A stretch of 64,000 nt of DNA from positions 64,001-128,000 of the forward strand of contig CAVSBT010000030.1 of NCBI GenBank assembly GCA_963726245.1, read 5' to 3'. The DNA comes from an uncultured Chloroflexia bacterium (GTDB lineage: Bacteria; Chloroflexota; Dehalococcoidia; DSTF01; JALHUB01). The notes under the pieces were generated by a model that did no database searches, was not told the DNA's origin, and saw only the letters and a program-made list of their open reading frames with translations. Positions within the stretch are counted from its first letter, which is position 1. Every line of letters starts with the position of its first letter. The position numbers and the translations under genes are program-made. Shown piece by piece: positions 53,153 to 61,643 of this stretch.

Positions 53153-54613
53153 CTACAAAGCCTCCGACGGAAGGTCCTTGGTCCGTCCGAACAACAAACG
53201 AGAGTCTTTACCCTTGAGCGTAACTTGCTCAACGGGTATTTTCAGCTCGCGCGCGAGGATCTTCATCAGCTTGGGAGTGCAAAACCCCCCTTGGCACCGT
53301 CCCATCTGGGCCCGAACGCGCATTTTTATGCCGTCGAGGGTGCGCGCGCCCACCGGGCGCTCGATCGCCTCCACGATTTCCTTTTCCGACACCATTTCGC
53401 ACCGACACACCACCTGGCCTGCGCGCGGATCCTGTTTGATAATCTCATCTACTTTATCCAGCGCGGTCTCGCGCAGGCGAAACGTTTCGGCAATTTCGCC
53501 CCGGTATTCTTGCCTGGGTTTGAGCGGCAAACCCGCCTCGCCGAGCATACGCGCGATATCGACACCCATAGCTAGGCACGAGCTTAGACCGGGAGATTGA
53601 ATACCTGCCGCATTAAAAAAACCCCGGACTTTGCTAGGACCGACGATAAAGTCATCGCAATCGGCCTTGGCGCGTAGCCCCGCGAAGTTCCGGATTACTT
53701 TGCGCAGCGGCAGGTTCGGCACCAACTTGTCGCCGCCTTCGATGATTTCCCAAATGCCGCTGGTCGTAGTGGCGACATCCTCGCGGTCTTCACAAAAGAT
53801 ATTGTTCGGACCCACGATGATGTTGCCGTGGGTGGTAGGGGCAACGAGAATGCCTTTACTTTGTTTGGTTGGAATAGGGAACAAGACATGATTGAGGCTA
53901 ATCGCGCCCTTATCTAGCAGAATGTATTCGCCTTTCCATGCCGAAATGGTGAAGGTATTTAACCCGACCATCTGCTCTACTTTGTCGGAGTATAGTCCCG
54001 CGGCGTTGACCAGATAGCGAGCCTCGAGCTGTTCGCGCGCTGTTTTGATAGTAAAGCGATCGGCGTGCGTGTCGATGCGCTCTACCGGCGATTCCAATAA
54101 GAACGTTGTGCCGTTCATCGCGGCGCACTCGCACAAACGAATATTCAATTCATAAGGGCTGACAATACCCCCGGTAGGAGCATACATGACGGCCTTGACG
54201 TTCTTAGTCAACTCCGGCTCCATCTCGTGTATGCGCTTAGAATCGGTGATGAGTTCCACCGGCACCTTGTTTCGCGCCGCTTGCGCTACCAAGTTGTAGA
54301 GGTAGTCCATTTCGTCGTCTCGCACCGCGACGACAAATGTGCCGCACCGATGGAAGGGGACCTTTAAGTCCGCGCACACCTTGTCGAACATCGGATTGGC
54401 CATGACGTTATACTTAGTTTTTAGAGTATCGGTGGGCGCCCCGTATCCCGCGTGTAATATACCCGAGTTGGCTTTACTCGTACCCATCGCCACGTCGGCT
54501 TCTTTTTCGATTACCGCGACGCGTAGGTCGTACTTAGCAAGCGCCCACGCCACGGACGCTCCCGTGACTCCCGCGCCAATAATGGCCACGTCAAACATTT
54601 GCTGATCTTTCAT
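53153..54613 (-). CDS. glpA: FAD-dependent glycerol-3-phosphate dehydrogenase-like protein with BFD-like [2Fe-2S] domain
   Basis: IIGAGVTG, TSKANSGILHAG, GIQSPGL, VCRCEMVSE..GRCQGGFC. Confidence 0.8.
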   Translation of the reverse strand: MKDQQMFDVAIIGAGVTGASVAWALAKYDLRVAVIEKEADVAMGTSKANSGILHAGYGAPTDTLKTKYNVMANPMFDKVCADLKVPFHRCGTFVVAVRDDEMDYLYNLVAQAARNKVPVELITDSKRIHEMEPELTKNVKAVMYAPTGGIVSPYELNIRLCECAAMNGTTFLLESPVERIDTHADRFTIKTAREQLEARYLVNAAGLYSDKVEQMVGLNTFTISAWKGEYILLDKGAISLNHVLFPIPTKQSKGILVAPTTHGNIIVGPNNIFCEDREDVATTTSGIWEIIEGGDKLVPNLPLRKVIRNFAGLRAKADCDDFIVGPSKVRGFFNAAGIQSPGLSSCLAMGVDIARMLGEAGLPLKPRQEYRGEIAETFRLRETALDKVDEIIKQDPRAGQVVCRCEMVSEKEIVEAIERPVGARTLDGIKMRVRAQMGRCQGGFCTPKLMKILARELKIPVEQVTLKGKDSRLLFGRTKDLPSEAL

Positions 54614-54619
54614 GATTCC

Positions 54620-55264
54620 CTATTTAGATATACGAGTCCTAATGTGACACGTATCGTTCAGAGCGGCAAGCGTGGCCCGCGGCCGCGGGTCGCGCCCATC
54701 GGGCGGGGCGTCGCGCACCTCCACCACGGTTATCGAGCCGTTGTAGACCCGCAACGGCAGCGGACGACGGTAGGGCAGCCCCAGGACCTCCAGGCAGAAC
54801 ACGCCGATCGGCCCGGCGTGGGTGACAACGGCGGCCGAGGCGCCGGGGTGGCGCTCGGCCACGCCCCAAAGGGCGTCGCAGACGCGCCGCCGGAAGTCTT
54901 CGCGGTCCTCAGCGCCCGGAAAGGAGGGGTAGTCAGGCCCGCGGCGATACTGCTCGACGATCTCCGGGTGCTTCTCCACCAGCTCGCGATAGGTGATGCC
55001 CGAGAGCTCGCCGAAGTCGTACTCCTTGACGCCGGAGAGCTTGGTCACTTTCAGACCCGTGGCCTCGGCGATGACGCTCGCCGTCAGATGAGCGCGCTTG
55101 ATCGGGCTGCTGTAGAGGGCGGCCAGCGACAGGCGCCGCAGACGCTCGGCCACGAGAAGGCTCTGCTCAAGGCCACGCTCGGTGAGGGGATACGCGCCCT
55201 GACCCTGGATACGGAGCTCGCTGTTGCCCTGGGACTCGCCGTGCCGGATGAGCAGGAGGCGCAT
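54620..55264 (-). CDS. Histidine phosphatase (PGM family)
   Basis: LIRHGES, SSPIKRA, VTHAG, LNDTCH. Confidence 0.92.
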   Translation of the reverse strand: MRLLLIRHGESQGNSELRIQGQGAYPLTERGLEQSLLVAERLRRLSLAALYSSPIKRAHLTASVIAEATGLKVTKLSGVKEYDFGELSGITYRELVEKHPEIVEQYRRGPDYPSFPGAEDREDFRRRVCDALWGVAERHPGASAAVVTHAGPIGVFCLEVLGLPYRRPLPLRVYNGSITVVEVRDAPPDGRDPRPRATLAALNDTCHIRTRISK

Positions 55265-55268
55265 GGGC

Positions 55269-55877
55269 CTAGCGCGGAGGCTCCACTAGGGCGGGCGCCA
55301 GCAGGTCAAGAAACTGCCTGAGGATGCGCGCCGTTAGCCCCCAGATGACATGCCCTCTGTAGACATACGAGTACGTCGGCACGTCGCGGCCGTCAATCCG
55401 GCGCACGCCCTCCGTCACGTTGGCCCTGTCCATCAGGTGAGAGAGGGGCACCTCGATCAGCTCCGCCACCTCGTGATGGTTGGGCCGGAAGGGATAGGGC
55501 ACCGGCCCGCGGATGAAACCCACGTAGGGCGTCACCATGAACCCGCTGATCGACGGCGAGTCGTCCAACTGCCCGACCACCTCCACGTCCTCGGGCCGCA
55601 CGCCAATCTCCTCGAACGTCTCGCGGAGGGCGGTAAGTCGCAGGTCCTCGTCTTCGGGGTCGGCAGCGCCGCCGGGAAAGGAGATCTGGCCCTTGTGCGT
55701 CTCGACCAGGTCTGTGCGGAGGGTGAAGATGATGTGCGGCTCGCCACGCAGCCTGTAGAGGAGCAGGAGAACCGCCGCCTCGGGCCGACCCTCCGGCTGG
55801 ATGCGCCGCGGCTGGTATGACGCCATCGCCCGGCGAATCGCGTCGAGCAGGGCTTCTCCCGGTTGCTCTTCGGGCAT
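55269..55877 (-). CDS. Nudix CoA pyrophosphatase
   Basis: HKGQISFPGG..TALRETFEEIG, IWGLTA. Confidence 0.92.
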   Translation of the reverse strand: MPEEQPGEALLDAIRRAMASYQPRRIQPEGRPEAAVLLLLYRLRGEPHIIFTLRTDLVETHKGQISFPGGAADPEDEDLRLTALRETFEEIGVRPEDVEVVGQLDDSPSISGFMVTPYVGFIRGPVPYPFRPNHHEVAELIEVPLSHLMDRANVTEGVRRIDGRDVPTYSYVYRGHVIWGLTARILRQFLDLLAPALVEPPR

Positions 55878-55938
55878 GGCGACCTCGTCGCGGTACGCCC
55901 CCGCCTGGTCGAACCCGCGTCTCATTGGATCGAGCCGG

Positions 55939-56013
55939 TGGTGGGCCCGGGAGGATTCGAACCTCCGACCAATCGGTTATGAGCCGAGTGCTCTGCCGCT
56001 GAGCTACGGGCCC
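55939..56013 (-). tRNA. tRNA with CAT anticodon (probably Ile2)
   Basis: GGGCCCGTAGCTCAG..CTCATAA..GGGCCCACCA. Confidence 0.93.
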
Positions 56014-56121
56014 TGGTTCGCCGGCCTGGCGACCGGCAGCAGGCAAATTCTAGCGCCCCCAACCGGCGCCTGTAAAGGAAAGCCGACAGGACCGGGCTCC
56101 GGTCCTGTCGTCGCTTGCGTT

Positions 56122-56198
56122 TGGTAGCGCATGGGGGATTCGAACCCCCGATCTCCGCCTTGAGAGGGCGGTGTCCTGGGCCGCTAGACGAATGCGCC
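56122..56198 (-). tRNA. tRNA-Glu(CTC)
   Basis: CCGCC-CTCTCAA-GGCGG anticodon arm, CCA end. Confidence 0.95.
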
Positions 56199-56229
56199 GC
56201 GTGCGCCCGCCCGATGGCAGGCACGTTCC

Positions 56230-56303
56230 TGGCTGGGGAGGGAGGATTCGAACCCCCGCATACGGATCCAGAGTCCGCTGTCCTACCGCTAGACGACTCC
56301 CCA
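56230..56303 (-). tRNA. tRNA-Gln(CTG)
   Basis: TGGGGAG acceptor stem, CTCTGGA loop, CCA end. Confidence 0.95.
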
Positions 56304-56324
56304 ACCTGCCTGATGGCGGTCAGG

Positions 56325-56344
56325 CCTGCCTGCCGGCAGGCAGG
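56325..56344. repeat. REP-like palindrome CCTGCCTGCCGGCAGGCAGG
   Basis: Perfect 20-bp palindrome between gltX and tRNA-Gln; related copy inside rluA. Confidence 0.7.
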
Positions 56345-56389
56345 TCAGGAGGGATTCTAGCACAGAGATTCGCCCTGGCACAACGCCTA

Positions 56390-57865
56390 TCACATTGAGG
56401 CGCTCAGCCTCTCCGAGGCGCGCAGCAGCCGCGCCACGCAGCGCTCCCGGCCGAGGATGGCCATGCTCTGGAAGAGCGGCGGCGCCACTGAGCTGCCGGT
56501 GACGGCCACCCGCATCAGCATGAAGAGGTCGCCCGCCTTGAGCGATAGCTCCTCCGCCAGCGGACGCATCGCTTCCTCCAGAGACTGCGCATCCCAGGAA
56601 GACAGCGGCGCCAGCCGCTCGCAGGCGGCGCCGAGGGCAAGCGCCGCGTCCCGAGGCCGGCCGGCGAAGGCCTTCCCCAGCAGCTCGCTCAGCGTGTAGT
56701 CCAGGTCGTCGCCCAGGAAGAAGAACTCGGCGAAGCGCTTGAGGTCGTCGAGGCGCTTCACGCGCTCCCGGATGAGCGGCACCATGCGCAGGATGTACTC
56801 CTCGTCGAGGGGACGCGGCACGTCGGGCGGCAGGTCCCGCTCCAGCCGCTCGCGCACGAGGGCGGCCAGGCTCTCGGGGGGCAGGTCGCGCATGTAGACC
56901 CCGTTCATCCAGGTCAGCTTGTCCAGGTCGAAGATGGCCGCGCTCTTGACGATGCGCTCCAGGCTGAAGTGCGAGATGAACTGCTCCCGCGAGATGATCT
57001 CCGTGTGGTCATCGAGGGACCAACCCAGCAGACCGAGGAAGTTGAACATCGCCTCGGGCAGGTAGCCCTGCTCCGCGTAGTCGAGGACCGACGTGGCGCC
57101 GTGCCGCTTCGAGAGCTTCGAGCGGTCCTTGCCCAGAAGCATGGGCAGGTGGGCGAAGTGCGGCGGCTGCCAGCCCAACGCCTGGTAGAGGAGGAGGTGC
57201 CGCGGCGTGCTGGGCAGCCACTCCTCGGCCCGCAGCACGTGCGAGATCTCCATCAGGTGGTCGTCCACGACGCTGGCCAGGTGATAGGTGGGGTAGCGGT
57301 CCGACTTGACGATGATGAAATCGTCCAGGGTGGCGTTCTCGAAGGTGACGTCCCCGCGCACGACGTCGGCAAAGGACGTCCTGCCGTCCAGTGGCGTCTT
57401 GAAGCGCACGACGGCCTTCAGCCCCCGCTCTGCCCGCTCCTGCCGCTCCGCCTCCGACAGGTCGCGGCAATGGCGGTCGTAGCGCGGCGGCTGCTTCAGG
57501 CGCGCCTGCTCCGTGCGCAACGCATCGAGACGCTCCGGCGTGCAGTAGCACAGGTAGGCCCAGCCGCTCTCGATGAGCTGGTCGGAGTACCGGTGGTAGA
57601 TATCCAGCCGCTCCGACTGGAAGTACGGCCCGTGGGGCCCGCCGACCTCCGGACCCTCGTCCCAGTCCAGGCCCAGCCAGCGCAGGGACTCCAGCACCTT
57701 ATCCAGCGCCCCCGGCACCAGCCGCGTCTGGTCGGTGTCCTCGATGCGCAGCAGGAAGCTGCCTCCCTCGTGGCGGGCGAAGAGCCAGTTGAAGAGGGCG
57801 GTGCGGATGTTGCCGACGTGGGGCTCGCCGGTGGGACTCGGTGCGTAACGGACGCGGACGGTCAT
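56390..57865 (-). CDS. gltX: Glutamate--tRNA ligase
   Basis: RYAPSPTGEPHVG, KLSKRHG. Confidence 0.97.
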   Translation of the reverse strand: MTVRVRYAPSPTGEPHVGNIRTALFNWLFARHEGGSFLLRIEDTDQTRLVPGALDKVLESLRWLGLDWDEGPEVGGPHGPYFQSERLDIYHRYSDQLIESGWAYLCYCTPERLDALRTEQARLKQPPRYDRHCRDLSEAERQERAERGLKAVVRFKTPLDGRTSFADVVRGDVTFENATLDDFIIVKSDRYPTYHLASVVDDHLMEISHVLRAEEWLPSTPRHLLLYQALGWQPPHFAHLPMLLGKDRSKLSKRHGATSVLDYAEQGYLPEAMFNFLGLLGWSLDDHTEIISREQFISHFSLERIVKSAAIFDLDKLTWMNGVYMRDLPPESLAALVRERLERDLPPDVPRPLDEEYILRMVPLIRERVKRLDDLKRFAEFFFLGDDLDYTLSELLGKAFAGRPRDAALALGAACERLAPLSSWDAQSLEEAMRPLAEELSLKAGDLFMLMRVAVTGSSVAPPLFQSMAILGRERCVARLLRASERLSASM

Positions 57866-57923
57866 GGGGTTAGAGCCTCCTCATTGACCTTCAAGCTATT
57901 GTAGCCGCCGCCGAGCGACCCGC

Positions 57924-58868
57924 TCAACGCGCCTCGAGCTGCTCCAGCGCCTGTCGCAGGTCGTCCGGGAGCGGCGACTCGAACTCCAGGGGCCGGCCGT
58001 CGACCGGGTGACGAAAGGCCAGCCGGTGGGCGTGCAGGAACTGGCGGCTCGCGACGGCCGAACGGCGGCCGTACACCCGGTCGCCGATCAGCGGGTGCCC
58101 GAGCGCGGCGAAGTGCACGCGGATCTGGTGCGTCCGGCCCGTGGACGGCGTCACCTCCACCAGCGAGTAGACGTCCGGGCCACCCGCTCTCACCCCCAGA
58201 TAGCGCTGCACCCGATAGGCTGTGCGGGACGCCCGCCCGCCCTCGACCACGGCCATCCGCTGCCGGTGGCGCAAGTCCCGCCCGATGGGGGCGTCGATGA
58301 CGCCTTGCGGGGGCTCCAGGCGGCCGTCGACCAGGGCCAGGTAGCCCTTCTCCACCTGCCGCTCCTTCCACTGTCGGGCCAGGGCAGCTAGAGCAGCCTC
58401 GTTCTTGGCCACGACCAGCAGCCCTGAGGTGTCGCGGTCCAGCCGGTGCACGATGCCCGGTCGCTCCGCTCCGCCGACGCCGGCAAGCTCCGGTCGATAG
58501 GCCAGCAGGGCGGCGGACAGCGTTCCCTGCCGCACTCTCGCCTGTCCGGCAGGCAGGCCGGCGGCGGGATGCACCGTCAGGCCGGCGGGCTTGTCGATCA
58601 CCAGCAGGTCGTCGTCCTCGTAAACGATGGCGAGCGGCAGCGGCTCCGGCCGGAGCGTCTCGGGCTGCTCCGCGGGCATCCGCACCACGACGCGCTCGCC
58701 CCGCTCCAGGCGTTGCCCCGCCCGACCGGGCCGGTCGCCGACGGTCACGCGGCCCTCGCGGATGAGCCGCTGGACGGAGCTGCGGGAGAGGCCAGGACAG
58801 CGCCGGACCACGAAGACGTCCAGCCGCTCTCCCGCGCCCTCGGCCTCCAGTGTGAGGGTCTCCTCCAT
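57924..58868 (-). CDS. rluD: RluA/RluD pseudouridine synthase
   Basis: S4 domain, GIVHRLDRDTSG, TGRTHQIRVH. Confidence 0.9.
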   Translation of the reverse strand: MEETLTLEAEGAGERLDVFVVRRCPGLSRSSVQRLIREGRVTVGDRPGRAGQRLERGERVVVRMPAEQPETLRPEPLPLAIVYEDDDLLVIDKPAGLTVHPAAGLPAGQARVRQGTLSAALLAYRPELAGVGGAERPGIVHRLDRDTSGLLVVAKNEAALAALARQWKERQVEKGYLALVDGRLEPPQGVIDAPIGRDLRHRQRMAVVEGGRASRTAYRVQRYLGVRAGGPDVYSLVEVTPSTGRTHQIRVHFAALGHPLIGDRVYGRRSAVASRQFLHAHRLAFRHPVDGRPLEFESPLPDDLRQALEQLEAR

Positions 58869-59449
58869 CAGGGGCCTTGGGCACGCTGGCGCCAGCTCTC
58901 GGCCAGGAGGAAGAAGCCGACGATAATCACCACCCCTACCACAATCGAGGAGTCGGCGACGTTGAAATTGGGCCACGGCCCCACGTCGATGAAGTCGGTC
59001 ACCTTGCCCAGCCGCACGCGGTCGGCGAGGTTGCCCATGGCGCCGCCCAACTGAAGTCCCAGCGCCAGGCGCAGGAAGCCGTGCTCCATGGGCGGATAGA
59101 GGTAGTAGAGGAGGATGGCCGTCAGCCCGAAGAATGTGGTCACTATAAGGAATAGCGTCTGTCCCTGGAGAATGCCGAACGCGGCCCCGGTGTTGGTCAC
59201 GTAGGTGATGCGCAGCGGCCCCTCCTCAGGGACGGACTCGCCGAGGGACAGGTTGGCCCGCACCAGATACTTGGTCACCTGGTCGAGGGCCACCACCAGG
59301 ACGGCGATGAGGAAGAAGACGAGGTCGTTGCGTAGACGCGGCCAGAGCCGGCCGGACGGGCTGCGATCCGGCCAGCTTTGGGGAGACGTCCGTGTTGCTT
59401 CCGCCAGCGGCTCCTGCGAGGTCGTGCCGCCGGAACCTGCGTCACTCAT
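58868..59449 (-). CDS. lspA: Lipoprotein signal peptidase II
   Basis: LDQVTK, NTGAAFG, GNLADR..VTDFI, FNVADS. Confidence 0.95.
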   Translation of the reverse strand: MSDAGSGGTTSQEPLAEATRTSPQSWPDRSPSGRLWPRLRNDLVFFLIAVLVVALDQVTKYLVRANLSLGESVPEEGPLRITYVTNTGAAFGILQGQTLFLIVTTFFGLTAILLYYLYPPMEHGFLRLALGLQLGGAMGNLADRVRLGKVTDFIDVGPWPNFNVADSSIVVGVVIIVGFFLLAESWRQRAQGP

Positions 59450-59598
59450 GCGAATCCTGCCGATCATAGCACCGCCTGCGCAGGGGCGGCAAACGAGAGG
59501 GTTGCCGATCCTTGCCTGCCACAGGTTGGCACCCGCCTGTGGTTGACCCGCAAAAGGCGCCATAAGTACCATTGAGGTAAGGACACTCGAACGGGAGG

Positions 59599-60909
59599 AT
59601 GCCGGTGTCTCAGGCGCCGCGCCCGGCGGGACCGCTTGTGCCCACAGAAGCCGTAGGCCGGCCACGCGTCGCGGCCACGACCTTCGCCGGCACCTTCCGC
59701 TCGTTCCAGAGCTACAACTACCGGCTCTTCTTCTTCGGCCAGATCGTCTCGCTCACCGGGACGTGGATGCAGACCATCGGCCAGGCATGGCTGGTACTGG
59801 ATCTCACCCACTCGCCGCTGGCCCTGGGCACGGTGACGATGCTCCAGTTCCTGCCCGTCTCCCTGCTCGTGTTGTTCGGCGGCGTCATCGCCGACAAGCT
59901 GCCGAAGCGTCGCGTGCTGGTGCTGACGCAGACCGCCGCCATGTCGCAGGCCTTCATCCTGGCGTTCCTCATTTGGAGCGGACTCATTGCCCTGTGGCAG
60001 GTCTATGTGCTGGCGGCCATGCTGGGCCTGACCAACGCCCTCGACAACCCGACGCGCCAGGCCTTCGTGGTGGAGATGGTGGGCCGCGACGACATAGTGA
60101 ACGCGGTGGCCCTGAACTCCAGCCTCTTCAACAGCGCCCGCCTCATAGGGCCGGCGCTTGGCGGCGTGATCATTGCGGTGGTCGGAGTAGGCGCGGTGTT
60201 CTTCATCAACGGCGTCAGCTTCATCGCCGTCATCATCGGCCTGATGCTGATGAAGCCGGCCCTCTTCCACACGATGCCCCGAAGCGGCGACGGCCGCCTC
60301 CTGGAGCAGCTTGCCGAGGGGCTCCGCTACTCGCTGCGAACCCCTGCGATTCTGTTCATACTGATCCTGATGGCGGCCATTGGGACGTTTGGGTACAACT
60401 TCACGGTAGTCTTGCCGCTGCTGGCGCGGAACGTCCTCCACGTGGGCTCCATCGGATTCGGCGCGATGACCTCGGCCGTGGGCGTAGGCTCGCTGGTGGC
60501 GGCGCTCGCCCTGGCCACCTACAGGAAGACGTCTCGCCGGACCCTGCTTCTCGGTGCGACGGCTTTCACCATCCTCCTGGCGGCCGTCGCCGCCTCGCAC
60601 TGGTACGCCTTGACGCTGGTCCTGCTGGTGGCGCTGGGGGTAGCGAGCATCACCTTCACGGCAACGGCGAACAGCACCCTCCAGATGAGCGCTCCGGACC
60701 ATCTGCGAGGCCGCGTCATGAGCCTGTACATGCTGCTGTTCGTGGGGACCACCCCGATCGGCGGCGTGCTGACGGGCGTCGTGGCCGAGCGCATCGGCGT
60801 GCCCCTTACAATCGGCATCGAAGCCGGCATGTGCGCTCTCGGCATTGCGGCGGCGCTCGCCTATCTCGCCGCCCATCGCGCGCCCGCGCGGGCCGAGAGC
60901 CCCGCGTAG
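59599..60909 (+). CDS. MFS transporter (MFS_3/DUF894 type)
   Basis: GQIVSLTGTWMQ, DNPTRQAF, LRGRVMS. Confidence 0.92.
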   Translation: MPVSQAPRPAGPLVPTEAVGRPRVAATTFAGTFRSFQSYNYRLFFFGQIVSLTGTWMQTIGQAWLVLDLTHSPLALGTVTMLQFLPVSLLVLFGGVIADKLPKRRVLVLTQTAAMSQAFILAFLIWSGLIALWQVYVLAAMLGLTNALDNPTRQAFVVEMVGRDDIVNAVALNSSLFNSARLIGPALGGVIIAVVGVGAVFFINGVSFIAVIIGLMLMKPALFHTMPRSGDGRLLEQLAEGLRYSLRTPAILFILILMAAIGTFGYNFTVVLPLLARNVLHVGSIGFGAMTSAVGVGSLVAALALATYRKTSRRTLLLGATAFTILLAAVAASHWYALTLVLLVALGVASITFTATANSTLQMSAPDHLRGRVMSLYMLLFVGTTPIGGVLTGVVAERIGVPLTIGIEAGMCALGIAAALAYLAAHRAPARAESPA

Positions 60910-60921
60910 CAGACACGCATC

Positions 60922-60998
60922 AGCCACAGAGGACACAGATTGCGCCAAACACTCCGCCAGGCTGGAAATCTGCGTTTCATCTGGGCGAATCTGTGGCA
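60922..60998. repeat. CACAGAT/ATCTGTG-type palindromic repeat
   Basis: GCCACAGAGGACACAGATT..AATCTGCGTTTCATCTG..AATCTGTGGC. Confidence 0.55.
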
Positions 60999-61049
60999 AA
61001 CCAAAGACGGTTGCCGCGCGCCGCGGGCTGCCCCTATACTGACTCCTGT

Positions 61050-61122
61050 GCCCCCATCGTCTAGTGGCCCAGGACGCCACCCTTTCAAGGTGGAAACGGG
61101 GGTCCGATTCCCCCTGGGGGCA
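61050..61122 (+). tRNA. tRNA-Glu(TTC)
   Basis: CCACC-CTTTCAA-GGTGG anticodon arm; TATACT -10 upstream; T-loop variant and no encoded CCA. Confidence 0.88.
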
Positions 61123-61182
61123 CTTGTCGCCCGCCTCCCGGCACCTCCCAACTACAGCAGGACGGAGAGACTGTCCACATCT

Positions 61183-61608
61183 ATGCTGAAGGCCAAGACC
61201 ATCGTTATCGGGGTCGTTGTTCTAGCGCTTGTTGCGGTCGGTTTCGGCTGCTCCAGTACCGCCACGCAAAGGAGCACGGAGACGGAATCTCCGGGAATCG
61301 CCATTGATGGTCCTCAACCTGATCTCGTTGCTCTCAGGAGAAACGCGGTCGAGACAGCGTATCCGGAGTTCAAAGATTTCGAGAACCAGGAGAGCTTTGC
61401 CGGCCAGTCAGTCAAGAGCGAAGTCGATGACGGTGACTACTACTTCGCATATATGGTGCTTGGCAGCGGCCTGCCTATCGCCGAAGCGACCTGTTTTCGC
61501 GTCGATCGAACTGGCAGGGTGTTCGAGATAGGGATGTTCCCCGATCCGGTGGACTCGTACGCAGGCTACCGGGATATCAACCCAAGAGACTGCAAAGGGA
61601 TAAAGTAA
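61183..61608 (+). CDS. Hypothetical lipoprotein
   Basis: Hydrophobic leader ending GFGC. Confidence 0.6.
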   Translation: MLKAKTIVIGVVVLALVAVGFGCSSTATQRSTETESPGIAIDGPQPDLVALRRNAVETAYPEFKDFENQESFAGQSVKSEVDDGDYYFAYMVLGSGLPIAEATCFRVDRTGRVFEIGMFPDPVDSYAGYRDINPRDCKGIK

Positions 61609-61643
61609 GAGCAGACCCCCGACGACGGGCTCCCGCCGGGCTG

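Noticed and set aside
55939-56013. CAT tRNA as initiator tRNA-fMet
   Set aside because: Has a paired G1-C72 and lacks the three consecutive G-C pairs in the anticodon stem
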